NCBI GenBank assembly: GCA_035297395.1
Contig: DATGZB010000004.1
Coordinates: forward strand, 25,009-89,008
Length of the DNA: 64,000 nt
Source of the DNA: Lentimicrobium sp.
GTDB taxonomy: Bacteria; Bacteroidota; Bacteroidia; Bacteroidales; Lentimicrobiaceae
Direction: 5' to 3'
Shown here: positions 20,283-29,820 of the stretch, in pieces
How positions within the stretch are numbered: the first letter of the stretch is position 1
Layout: the number at the start of each line of letters is the position of its first letter
Notes under the pieces: model-generated
The model's database searches: none
What the model was told of the DNA's origin: nothing
The model's input: the letters and a program-made list of their open reading frames with translations, nothing else
Made by a program: the position numbers and the translations under genes

Positions 20283-22688
20283 CTATTTTTTAATAACGAT
20301 CTCCGTATTGCTGATGGTACATTCTATGTCAAACATTAATTTGTTGGTAACCGGGTTCCAGCTTATATTTTTATTGTTTAACTGACGACCATTAATAAGG
20401 ATAGATTGAGGTTTAAGCTGTAAATTATGCACATTTACCCTGATTTTATTATTTATTTTCTGATACTTTTCATCAGGCGACTTTTTCTGGACTGAAATAG
20501 TAAGTTGGTCATCACTATTTGCAGAAGTGAAATCTATTATTTCATATTCGTCCTTATTATATGCATCTGCTGTCAGTCCATCATCGTTGTATAAACTGTA
20601 GGATGAAGAGCTTACCTGAGGGTCAGTGTAATAGTGCATCTCGAATTCATCAAGTGTATAATTCACAGTACTTACTGCTTCTGTTTTCAGGGGGATAAAG
20701 GATCCTCCTTTAACAAATACCGGAATATTACCATATGTAGGATTATATTTCAGGATTATACCACCTTTATAAACTTGACCTGTAAAAAAATCTGTCCATG
20801 AATAGCCTTTTGGAAGATAAATGTCCTGGTAGATCTGACCAGGTTTTTTAACCGGGGCAACAAGAAAGGCATCTCCCCACATATATGCCGAATCGTATGT
20901 AAGCAATTGAGGATCTTTATCATAAAAGAAAAGTGGAGTCATCAGGGGATATCCATAAATACTGTTCCTGAAAGCCAGTGAATAATTATAGGGAAGCATC
21001 CTGTATCTTAATTCAATGGCTTTACTGGCGAAATACTTTGTACGGGGTTTCTGAAATACAGGCTCAGCCGGTATATGCTCTTGTGCGTGAGGACGGTAAA
21101 TTGGTTGAAATACCCCGTATTGAAGCCATCTCACGTATAATTCATCATCTATACTATCACCACCGGCAAATCCACCCAGGTCTGAGTGCATATATGCCAG
21201 ACCCTGCATGCCCATCTGGAGCGCAATCTCAGGTTGTGATTGAAGGCCTCCCCAGCTTCGGTTCACATCACCAGACCACGGAATCATGCCATATCTCTGT
21301 GAACCGGCATAACCGGCACGCATTAAAATAAATGGTCTCACAGAGGGAAAATCTTTTTGATATCCTTCGTAGATCATTTTTGCCCATTCATGGCCATATG
21401 CATTGTGAAGTTCATTGCCGGTGCCTTCTGCATGGACTATATCTGCCGGATGAACTTCAGGTTCACCAAGGTCACCCCACTGTCCTGCAATACCTTCTTT
21501 AATAAGATTGCTGTATATATTCCAGAACCAGTCCCTTGCCTGAGGTTTAAAAATATCTATGAGGCCTGTGTTACCGAAATAAAAATCATAAGTGTAAGGT
21601 TTTCCCTCGCTGTTTTTTGCAAGTACATCCATTTTCACTGCTTCATTCCATCGTTTTGAGGTAGTCAGTATAAATGGTTCAGTAACAAGTAACGTTTTTA
21701 CACCCTTTTTCTCAAATTTTCCTATCATTTTATCCGGTTCAGGGAAACTATCCCAGTACCAGTATAGATTTCCCATCTCGCCCTTAATATCTTTCCCAAA
21801 CCAATAGATATCAATAATTACAGCATCCAGGGGAATACCCTCTTTCAAAAATGCTTCTACTGTTTCTTCAGTTTCTTTCTGAGAATGATACCCAAAGCGG
21901 CTACTGAAATTACCCAGTGCCCAACGGGGTGGTAATGGCTGCCGCCCTGTTAGCAGGGTATACTGACTGACCAGATCAAACCAGTCATTGCCAGCTATTA
22001 CGAAATAATTTGGTGTTCCATGGTACGTTTCATAAGCAATTGTATTATTATGCTTGCTGTCGAGGTCAAGATATCCTATCCCTGCATTATCAAAAAGTAC
22101 CGCATAAATATTGGATGACAAAACAAGTGGCAGAGTATAATTCATTAATTCGGACCTTGTTTCGTACCCGTAATGGGCCCTGTTGTATAATGTTAGCTTA
22201 TTGCCACGGCGATTCATACCTAATGCCCTTGCCCCGCCTCCGTATAAGATTTCATCAGGTTTGATTGTAAAATCAAACATCCAGCTGCTGTCAGCTTTTA
22301 TAAAACCTTCCTTCTCTTCAAGCAGAAGTTTGTCATTATATAAGAAGGTAACCTTAAAAGGATCTTTACGAATTGAAATATCAATTCCTTTAGTGTCAAC
22401 TATCAGTGTCTCGGGAGAATCAATTACCACAGGATCAAGTTTCACTTGTTCCATGGCAACAGCATATGATAAATCTTTGATCAACAGCTCTTTAGGATAG
22501 AAAGTAATATTCATGATCTTATCATTCATTGGTTTGATAAGATATTTTCCATCATTTACATATACCTCAACCGCATATTCCATTTCTTTGAAACCTTCAT
22601 AGGTTCGTCCGATTGACTGGGCTCCAGCGGTTTCTGTAAAGATGGCAATTAAAAGAAGAGCCTTGGTAACAGATTGCAATAACTTCAT
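20283..22688 (-). CDS. Glycoside hydrolase family 31, exported; WGDLGEPE type (alpha-glucosidase/transglucosylase)
   Basis: LTGRQPLPPRWALG, WGDLGEPE nucleophile, WSGD, SDLGGF, YNDDG; signal peptide. Confidence 0.9.
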   Translation of the reverse strand: MKLLQSVTKALLLIAIFTETAGAQSIGRTYEGFKEMEYAVEVYVNDGKYLIKPMNDKIMNITFYPKELLIKDLSYAVAMEQVKLDPVVIDSPETLIVDTKGIDISIRKDPFKVTFLYNDKLLLEEKEGFIKADSSWMFDFTIKPDEILYGGGARALGMNRRGNKLTLYNRAHYGYETRSELMNYTLPLVLSSNIYAVLFDNAGIGYLDLDSKHNNTIAYETYHGTPNYFVIAGNDWFDLVSQYTLLTGRQPLPPRWALGNFSSRFGYHSQKETEETVEAFLKEGIPLDAVIIDIYWFGKDIKGEMGNLYWYWDSFPEPDKMIGKFEKKGVKTLLVTEPFILTTSKRWNEAVKMDVLAKNSEGKPYTYDFYFGNTGLIDIFKPQARDWFWNIYSNLIKEGIAGQWGDLGEPEVHPADIVHAEGTGNELHNAYGHEWAKMIYEGYQKDFPSVRPFILMRAGYAGSQRYGMIPWSGDVNRSWGGLQSQPEIALQMGMQGLAYMHSDLGGFAGGDSIDDELYVRWLQYGVFQPIYRPHAQEHIPAEPVFQKPRTKYFASKAIELRYRMLPYNYSLAFRNSIYGYPLMTPLFFYDKDPQLLTYDSAYMWGDAFLVAPVKKPGQIYQDIYLPKGYSWTDFFTGQVYKGGIILKYNPTYGNIPVFVKGGSFIPLKTEAVSTVNYTLDEFEMHYYTDPQVSSSSYSLYNDDGLTADAYNKDEYEIIDFTSANSDDQLTISVQKKSPDEKYQKINNKIRVNVHNLQLKPQSILINGRQLNNKNISWNPVTNKLMFDIECTISNTEIVIKK

Positions 22689-22774
22689 CTCAGGAGTTTT
22701 TATTTCTGTAAAATTAGAGATTAACTTAATCGGGAATCAGTTGTTACTTCATAAAATATACATTCATTAAATTT

Positions 22775-23851
22775 ATGATTATGGAAAAAACGTTTACTCT
22801 CGCAAAACCTTTTCAATGGTTCTTAATTCTTATAGTTTTAATGAGCGCTTTCATCTCATCGGCGCAAATTACGATTACAAGTGGTGATATGCCTAAACCA
22901 GGACTAACTGTAATTCGTGCTATTGATACTGCCTCAACTTTCCTGCCTGGTGGATCGGGTACAAACCAGACCTGGGATTTTGCAGCAGCTTCAGTTTATA
23001 TGTTCGATACTGCCTTTTTTTCGGATCCTGCACAATTACCTGGCGGCAATTTATTCCCCGAAGCTAACCTTGCTGAGGGCAGGATAATTGTTGACCCTGA
23101 GGGTACATTGTACAATTACTTGTTTTGGAACAACACCAGCAATGGCTATTATGCAGTAGGCTGGACACTTCAGTTTAGTTCAACCAGTTATAATTTTAAT
23201 TCAGTTGAAGATTATGATCCCGATCCTGTTCTTCTGCCATTCCCACTTAATTATGGCGATGAATCATCATCGACAACTACAGGCACAAGGTACTCATCCA
23301 CACGCATAGAAAATTTTCTTATTGATTCATCAATGGTGATTAGCCACATTACTGCAACTATAACTGCAGATGGAAGCGGTACACTTATTACCCCGGTTGA
23401 CTCATATGAGGTTTTAAGAGTCAACGAAACTTCGACACATGTAGATTCCACATACACATGGACGCAAGGTACAGGCTGGACATTTGACCGCACTGATACC
23501 TATGAAACCGTTAGCTACAGTTGGATAGCCAATGATTATGGTGAAGTAGCCAATCTTTCTATTGATGGAACGGATACGCAATTTCAATACCTCTCTTCAT
23601 ATGTAATAGGTGTCAAGGAATTAAATCCGGAAGATGCATTATCTGTTTATCCGAATCCAGCTGGTGATGTGCTTTTCATTAATTCACCCGGGCAAGTGAA
23701 TCGCATTGAAATCTATAATCTGAGCGGACAACTTGTTCTCTATGCAAATTCAGCTAATCGGATCAGTATCGGACACCTTGAAAAAGGATTATATGTTTGT
23801 AACATGATCAGTGATTCAGGAACGATTAGTAAAAAATTCCTGAAGCAGTAA
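22775..23851 (+). CDS. T9SS type-A sorting domain secreted protein
   Basis: Signal peptide then QITITSGDMP; C-terminal VYPNPA...GLY...KKFLKQ. Confidence 0.85.
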   Translation: MIMEKTFTLAKPFQWFLILIVLMSAFISSAQITITSGDMPKPGLTVIRAIDTASTFLPGGSGTNQTWDFAAASVYMFDTAFFSDPAQLPGGNLFPEANLAEGRIIVDPEGTLYNYLFWNNTSNGYYAVGWTLQFSSTSYNFNSVEDYDPDPVLLPFPLNYGDESSSTTTGTRYSSTRIENFLIDSSMVISHITATITADGSGTLITPVDSYEVLRVNETSTHVDSTYTWTQGTGWTFDRTDTYETVSYSWIANDYGEVANLSIDGTDTQFQYLSSYVIGVKELNPEDALSVYPNPAGDVLFINSPGQVNRIEIYNLSGQLVLYANSANRISIGHLEKGLYVCNMISDSGTISKKFLKQ

Positions 23852-23878
23852 CTCATTATGGGTTGGTTTTAAAACAAT

Positions 23879-23906
23879 GAGGGGCAGGATTACCTGTCCC
23901 TTTTTT
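23879..23906 (+). terminator. Intrinsic terminator
   Basis: GGGGCAGG-atta-CCTGTCCC followed by T6. Confidence 0.7.
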
Positions 23907-23912
23907 AATTCA

Positions 23913-23920
23913 TACCTTTG
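23913..23920 (+). promoter_or_regulatory. -7 element (TACCTTTG) only 4 nt before the rlmI ATG
   Basis: TACCTTTG-CCTT-ATG. Confidence 0.6.
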
Positions 23921-23924
23921 CCTT

Positions 23925-25196
23925 ATGGCAATAAAATCGGAAATAACTTTAAAAAATGGAAGGGATGAATCAGTAAAACGGTTTCACCCATGGATTTTCT
24001 CGGGTGCGATTGACCATGTATCAGGTCAAATTGAAGATGGAGATGAAGTCGATGTATTCGACTCAAAACATAATTACCTGGGAACCGGCCATGCGGCTTT
24101 GGGATCAATTGCGGTCAAATTATTCTGGTTTGGGCCAGAAAAAATGCTCACGGATATATGGTATCAAAAGCTTTCAAATGCTTATAGTTTAAGACAAAAG
24201 ATTGGCTATACAAGCATTTCCGGACTATCGGCTGATTTAACCAATCATCTATCAGATAAAAAGAACAGCCTTTTAAGCAATGCTTATAGATTAATATTCA
24301 GTGAGGCTGATGGAATGCCCGGTGTTATTATTGACTATTATAACGGAGTTGCTGTAATTCAATCACACAGCATGGGAATGCATCTTATAAGAAAGGAATT
24401 AACCGATGCTTTAATCAGACTCTATGGAGATAAATTGAAAGGTGTTTATAGTAAAAGCAATGAAACGCTGGCAAGATCAGGGATCAAGGATGAAATGGAT
24501 GAATTCCTGTACCAGAATCCTAAGAACGAAGGCTATAATAGTAGCGAAAATACTGGTGAACAACTTCTAATTTCGGAAAATGGCAGGACATTCATCATTG
24601 ATATTGTTGAAGGTCAAAAGACCGGTTTCTTTCTTGATCAACGAGAGAACAGGGCATTACTCGGCAGCTACTCAAAAAATATGAAAGTGCTGAACGCGTT
24701 CTGTTACACGGGAGGTTTCAGTATCTACGCGCTTACGGCGGGAGCCAGGCATGTAACATCACTTGACAGCTCATCAAGGGCGATGAGCCTGTTGGAGAAA
24801 AACCTTGCACACAATACCTTCACAGGAACGCATAAGAGTGTTACTGCCGATGCCAAACAATGGCTTACACGGATGGATAAGGATTTTGATGTTGTAATCC
24901 TTGATCCCCCGGCTTTTGCTAAACGCCAGGCTGATAAGCATAAAGCCACTCAAGGATACCGGTTTATCAACCAGACTGCCATTAAGAATATTAAACAAGG
25001 AGGGTTACTTTTTACATTCAGTTGCTCGCAGGCTATTAGTTCTGAAATGTTTACTTCAATTATTATGTCGGCAGCACTGGATGCAGGAAGAAATGCGAAG
25101 ATCCTGCACCATCTGACCCACTCGCCCGATCACCCGGTCTCAATCTTCCACCCCGAGGGGGAATACCTGAAAGGATTAGTTCTTTTAATTGATTGA
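23925..25196 (+). CDS. rlmI: 23S rRNA m5C1962-type methyltransferase (RlmI/RlmK family)
   Basis: PUA-like N-terminus RFHPWIFSGAI, GQKTGFFLDQRENR, VLNAFCYTGGFS, ILDPPAFAK, FSCS, EGEYLKGL. Start moved to ATG 23925 because the track start runs through the terminator. Confidence 0.85.
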   Translation: MAIKSEITLKNGRDESVKRFHPWIFSGAIDHVSGQIEDGDEVDVFDSKHNYLGTGHAALGSIAVKLFWFGPEKMLTDIWYQKLSNAYSLRQKIGYTSISGLSADLTNHLSDKKNSLLSNAYRLIFSEADGMPGVIIDYYNGVAVIQSHSMGMHLIRKELTDALIRLYGDKLKGVYSKSNETLARSGIKDEMDEFLYQNPKNEGYNSSENTGEQLLISENGRTFIIDIVEGQKTGFFLDQRENRALLGSYSKNMKVLNAFCYTGGFSIYALTAGARHVTSLDSSSRAMSLLEKNLAHNTFTGTHKSVTADAKQWLTRMDKDFDVVILDPPAFAKRQADKHKATQGYRFINQTAIKNIKQGGLLFTFSCSQAISSEMFTSIIMSAALDAGRNAKILHHLTHSPDHPVSIFHPEGEYLKGLVLLID

Positions 25197-25206
25197 TCAC
25201 CATGTA

Positions 25207-25346
25207 GTTCAGCGTTCAGCGTTCAGCGTTCAGCGTTCAGCGTTCAGCGTTCAGCGTTCTGCCTCATACCTCACGCCTCACTCCTCACGCCTCACTCCTC
25301 ACACCTCACACCTCACTCCTCACACCTCATTACTCACCACTCCCCT
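25207..25346 (+). repeat. Compound heptamer array: (GTTCAGC)x7, GTTCTGC, then about 12 CTCACNC-type units, all in one 7-bp phase
   Basis: Read directly. It fills most of the gap between convergent genes and overlaps the hslR stop. Confidence 0.95.
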
Positions 25347-25716
25347 TAAGCCTGTCTATATCGCGCCTGTCCCGTTTAGTCGGCCTGCCTGTTCCCCTAT
25401 CCCGGTATTCTGCATTGAATTCTTTCATAAACTCAATACGTTCATATTCTTCGGCAGGAGTGAGGTCCTCAACATATTCAGGAACGAGTTTAGCAGAAAT
25501 CCTGTTATGCAGCAATTGCTTAACACGGATCGTTTTATTGAGTGGTCCGATTGATAATGAGATAATATCACCTTCTTTTACAATGCGGGATGGCTTTATT
25601 GAAGAGCCATCAATCTTTACTTTCCCCGCACGGCAAGCATCTATGGCAAGATTCCTTGTTTTATAAAACCGCACTGACCACAGCCATTTATCAATTCTAA
25701 CTTCATCCATATTCAT
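25330..25716 (-). CDS. hslR: Ribosome-associated heat shock protein Hsp15 (S4 domain)
   Basis: RIDKWLWSVRFYKTR...GRPTKRDRR. Confidence 0.9.
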   Translation of the reverse strand: MNMDEVRIDKWLWSVRFYKTRNLAIDACRAGKVKIDGSSIKPSRIVKEGDIISLSIGPLNKTIRVKQLLHNRISAKLVPEYVEDLTPAEEYERIEFMKEFNAEYRDRGTGRPTKRDRRDIDRLKGSGE

Positions 25717-25790
25717 TCATGAATTTTGATAATAGTTATCATTATCAAAGAGCTTTAACATTCAGTGAAAGTGACTGATTTACCGGCTTA

Positions 25791-27095
25791 TTATTTTTGT
25801 CTGAAGTACATTAAAATAGGTACACCCGAGAAATCAAAATTTTCCCTGAGCCTGTTTTCAAGAAAGCGTTTGTATGAGTCAGTCACATATTGTGGCAGGT
25901 TGCAAAAGAATACAAAAGCAGGATAAGCCAGTTTTAGTTGAGTTATGTATTTGATTTTAACGAATTTACCTTTAACAGCAGGAGGAGGATTCTCTGTAAT
26001 TATTGGCAGCATCAAATCCATGAGTTTATGTGTAGTAATGGTTCGTTGCCTGTTTTCGTAAACCTTTGCGGCAGTCTCAAGCGTTTTGTGAATTCGCTGC
26101 TTGTTGATTACCGATGTGAAAATGATCGGTACATCTGAGAAAGGAGCAATACGGCTTTTTATCAGAGTTTCAAACTCCTTATTGGTATTGGTGTGCTTTT
26201 CAACAAGATCCCACTTATTTACCACAATTACAATCCCCTTATGGTTTTTTTGCGCAAGGCTGAAGATATTCAAATCCTGACTTTCAATGCCCTGGGTTGC
26301 ATCGAGCATTAGGATACAGACATCACTGTTCTCAATGGCCCTGACGCTTCTCATCACAGAGTAAAATTCAATATTTTCAGTTACCTTACCCTTTTTCCTA
26401 AGACCGGCAGTATCAACAAGGAAAAAGTCGAATCCAAAGCTTTTATATCGTGTATAGATTGAATCCCGGGTGGTTCCGGGTATCGGTGTTACAATATTTC
26501 TTTCATCGCCAAGCAGTGCATTGATCATAGAAGATTTACCAACGTTAGGCCTTCCGACAAATGCAAGTTTGGGAAGTTCAGGGAGTTCTTCCAACTTTTT
26601 ATTCCCGAATTCTTTTACTACATCATCCAAAAGCTCTCCCGTGCCGCTGCCGTTGATAGCCGAAACCTCATAAACCTTATCATAGCCCAATGCATAAAAT
26701 TCCCCAACTTCAGCTGATCTTCCGGCATTATCCACTTTGTTGGCGACAAGGAAAACCTTCCTTGGAGAGCGGCGGATCATGTTTGCCACTTCCTCATCAA
26801 GGGGTGAAAGGCCTTCTTTTGCATCCACCATGAAAAGGATTACATCTGCCTCTTCAATTGCCAGCTCAGCCTGACGATGGATGGCTTCTTCAAAAACATC
26901 ATCACTTCCTATAACCAGGCCACCTGTATCAATAACTGAAAATTCAACGCCATTCCAGTCTGATTGACCATAATGCCGGTCGCGTGTAACCCCGCTGGTA
27001 GGATCCACGATAGCATTCCTGGCTCCTGTGAGTCGATTGAACAGTGTTGATTTACCGACGTTTGGACGTCCGACGATTGCGATGATGTTTGACAT
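25791..27095 (-). CDS. der: Ribosome biogenesis GTPase Der (EngA)
   Basis: Two GRPNVGKS G-domains, DTGG/DTAG, NKVD/NKWD and a KH-like C-terminus. Start MSNIIAIVG at ATG 27095. Confidence 0.97.
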   Translation of the reverse strand: MSNIIAIVGRPNVGKSTLFNRLTGARNAIVDPTSGVTRDRHYGQSDWNGVEFSVIDTGGLVIGSDDVFEEAIHRQAELAIEEADVILFMVDAKEGLSPLDEEVANMIRRSPRKVFLVANKVDNAGRSAEVGEFYALGYDKVYEVSAINGSGTGELLDDVVKEFGNKKLEELPELPKLAFVGRPNVGKSSMINALLGDERNIVTPIPGTTRDSIYTRYKSFGFDFFLVDTAGLRKKGKVTENIEFYSVMRSVRAIENSDVCILMLDATQGIESQDLNIFSLAQKNHKGIVIVVNKWDLVEKHTNTNKEFETLIKSRIAPFSDVPIIFTSVINKQRIHKTLETAAKVYENRQRTITTHKLMDLMLPIITENPPPAVKGKFVKIKYITQLKLAYPAFVFFCNLPQYVTDSYKRFLENRLRENFDFSGVPILMYFRQK

Positions 27096-27101
27096 AGGGG
27101 G

Positions 27102-27109
27102 CAAAGGTA
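27102..27109 (-). promoter_or_regulatory. -7 element (TACCTTTG) 6 nt before the der ATG
   Basis: Minus strand TACCTTTG-CCCCCT-ATG. Confidence 0.6.
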
Positions 27110-27119
27110 CAACAAAATA

Positions 27120-27162
27120 GTTCAAAGCTTCGCGTTCAAGCTTCGCGTTCAATATTGTTCAA
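27120..27162 (+). repeat. GTTCAA-core array (4 units)
   Basis: gttcaaagcttcgc gttcaagcttcgc gttcaatatt gttcaa. Confidence 0.75.
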
Positions 27163-27182
27163 AACAATAGCCAAAAACTGAG

Positions 27183-27658
<476 letters not shown>

Positions 27659-27694
27659 GTATGTTTTTAAGATAGGGTCGTTTAAATAAGACTG

Positions 27695-27702
27695 CAAAGA
27701 TA
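27695..27702 (-). promoter_or_regulatory. -7 element (TATCTTTG) for tRNA-fMet
   Basis: TAnnTTTG 36 nt upstream of the tRNA; a TTTG at 27725-27728 may be the -33 element. Confidence 0.6.
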
Positions 27703-27749
27703 AATATTTTGTTTCTTTGTCATACAAAATTTTTAGATTTTTTTAAAGA

Positions 27750-28628
27750 ATGGAACATAAGTCGGGATTTGTGAATATTATTGGATTGCCTAATGCCGGG
27801 AAATCAACTTTAATGAATGCTTTAGTTGGTGAAAATCTTTCAATCATCACTTCAAAAGCCCAGACAACCCGCCACAGGATTATGGGTATCGTAAACGGTG
27901 AGGATTTTCAGATAGTTTATTCTGATACGCCTGGATTGGTTAAACCGCACTACAGGCTTCACGAATCAATGATGAAGTTCGTTAACCTTGCGTTGGAGGA
28001 TGCCGATATTTTTCTCCTTGTGACGGAAAAGTCTGAAGACCAATTGCAGGATGAATACATCCGGAAGCTTAATGAATCAGGTAAGCCTGTAATTGTTGTT
28101 GTTAATAAGGTAGATCTTCAAAGCCAGGATGAAGCAATGCAGCAGGTGCAGATGTGGGAAAAAAAGATGCCAACGGCTACTGTCATCCCTGTTTCAGCAT
28201 TGCACAGATTTAATTTAGACAGAGTCTTTAATACCCTGCTGGATAAATTACCGGTTTCGCCAGCCTATTATCCTAAAGATGAGCTGACTGACCGTTCCAT
28301 GCGCTTCTTTGTTTCTGAGATCATTCGTGAGAAAATACTTCTTTACTTCAAACAGGAAATCCCCTATTCTACTGAAGTTGTCATTGATGAATACAAGGAG
28401 AAGGAAAATATAACTCACATTACAGCAACTATTTATGTTGCCCGGGAATCACAAAAAGGAATCATTCTGGGTGCCCAGGGAAGATCAATCAAGGGTCTTG
28501 GAATTTCAGCGCGTAAGCAAATTGAAGAATTTATTCAGGCAAAGGTTTATCTTGAATTGAGGGTTAAAGTCAGCAAGGACTGGAGGGATGATCCCAATCA
28601 GTTGAAGAGATTCGGATACGAGCTTTAA
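27750..28628 (+). CDS. era: GTPase Era
   Basis: GLPNAGKST, KAQTTR, DTPG, NKVD, EIIREK, EIPY and KH domain. Confidence 0.97.
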   Translation: MEHKSGFVNIIGLPNAGKSTLMNALVGENLSIITSKAQTTRHRIMGIVNGEDFQIVYSDTPGLVKPHYRLHESMMKFVNLALEDADIFLLVTEKSEDQLQDEYIRKLNESGKPVIVVVNKVDLQSQDEAMQQVQMWEKKMPTATVIPVSALHRFNLDRVFNTLLDKLPVSPAYYPKDELTDRSMRFFVSEIIREKILLYFKQEIPYSTEVVIDEYKEKENITHITATIYVARESQKGIILGAQGRSIKGLGISARKQIEEFIQAKVYLELRVKVSKDWRDDPNQLKRFGYEL

Positions 28629-28842
28629 AGTAATTTCTTTTAGCCTTTAAATTTCCCACTCAACTTTTTCTCTGCAGGGTTTTAACAAAAGTTAAATTTA
28701 AGTCACGGGTAAAATCAACCCGTCAAAGGGTAATTTATCTCATCAAGCCAGGAATGGTTTAATATTCAATTGGTAATTTTCAGGATTTGTTATTGAATAA
28801 AAATGTATTAATTTCTAAATAATGTATCCACATTGAACAGTC

Positions 28843-28923
28843 ATAGACACTATATTAAGTCTACATATTTTGTGGACTTATGTGGAGTCTATGTGGAGTC
28901 TATGTGGACTTAATGTGGAGTCT
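28843..28923. repeat. 10-11-mer array (TGTGGAGTCTA/TGTGGACTTA) x5 preceded by two degenerate inverted units
   Basis: Direct units at 28871-28923. The reverse complement of 28843-28867 is TATGTAGACTTAATATAGTGTCTAT. Confidence 0.8.
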
Positions 28924-29024
28924 TTAATTTTTCGAGTTGCATCCAGGGGTGATTAATCTTTAAATTGCCCTCCAGAGACATCAGGGGGCATGGAGTGTTT
29001 TACGGAAATGACTCCTCTAAAAAA

Positions 29025-29420
29025 TTATTGCTTTATCAGTTTGAAGGTGCTCATGATTTCAGACCCTTGCTTTATTCTGATAACATAAAGCCCGGGGGAA
29101 AACATTTTACCAAAAATCACAGAGGCATTATTATCCATAAAAAACTCCTCAACCTTTTTCCCCATTAAATCTGAGATAATTATTTTAATATCCTGGTGAG
29201 AGGGCGATTGAACCTTTAGGTTGAAACTCTCAATGGAAGGATTAGGCCAGATTTTTGCAGAATAGCGTTCAACACTATCACCTGGTGAAGGTGTTAGGGG
29301 ATCAGGGATCGTGTTATCACATGGTTTTACTTTATCTTTCAAATTTCCCGGTAAGTCATTTTGGGCCTGGATTGTATCTATAGTCAAAACAAGAAAAAGG
29401 AGTAGAGAGAGCAACTTCAT
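29025..29420 (-). CDS. Small T9SS type-A sorting domain protein
   Basis: Signal peptide; IWPNPS...DLMGK...GLYVIRI...KLIKQ. Confidence 0.75.
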   Translation of the reverse strand: MKLLSLLLFLVLTIDTIQAQNDLPGNLKDKVKPCDNTIPDPLTPSPGDSVERYSAKIWPNPSIESFNLKVQSPSHQDIKIIISDLMGKKVEEFFMDNNASVIFGKMFSPGLYVIRIKQGSEIMSTFKLIKQ

Positions 29421-29820
29421 ATAGCTTCAGTATTAAGTAGTTATATACCTAACAATCAAGAAGCAAGACTTGCAATAAAATCAGCAGTAAAAATGAATAT
29501 TAGCTTTCCATTTATTGGGTTAATTGTGTTCTTCTCTTTTCGCATTCCAAATCCCATGTATCCCATCAGGCTTAAATTTTATTTTATAAAAATATTAAAT
29601 ATCCTGCATACTTCTAAATTTTATTATGAATTGGCAGAACTGCTGTCAGAAGCAGCGATTATAATAATGTTTTATCGAAAAAAATACTTCACAAATCTTA
29701 TTACCTTTTCTCTTTTTGGTGATAAACATATGCTAGTCCATTAGATTAACTATAGTTTTCTTCAGAGATGGTTTAGCTGAAAGATTAATTAATTTAATCA
29801 AGTTACTAAAGATTAACGTC

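Noticed and set aside
25189..25554. 121-aa ORF (VQRSAFS/HLTPHTS repeats)
   Set aside because: Translation artefact of the heptamer arrays and antisense to hslR.
28800..28930. Replication origin (DnaA boxes)
   Set aside because: Only one near-consensus box. The TGTGGA repeats match about 6-7 of 9 positions, and there is no dnaA/gidA context.
29493..29744. 83-aa ORF
   Set aside because: AT-rich divergent promoter region with F/I/K-biased composition and no recognisable motif.
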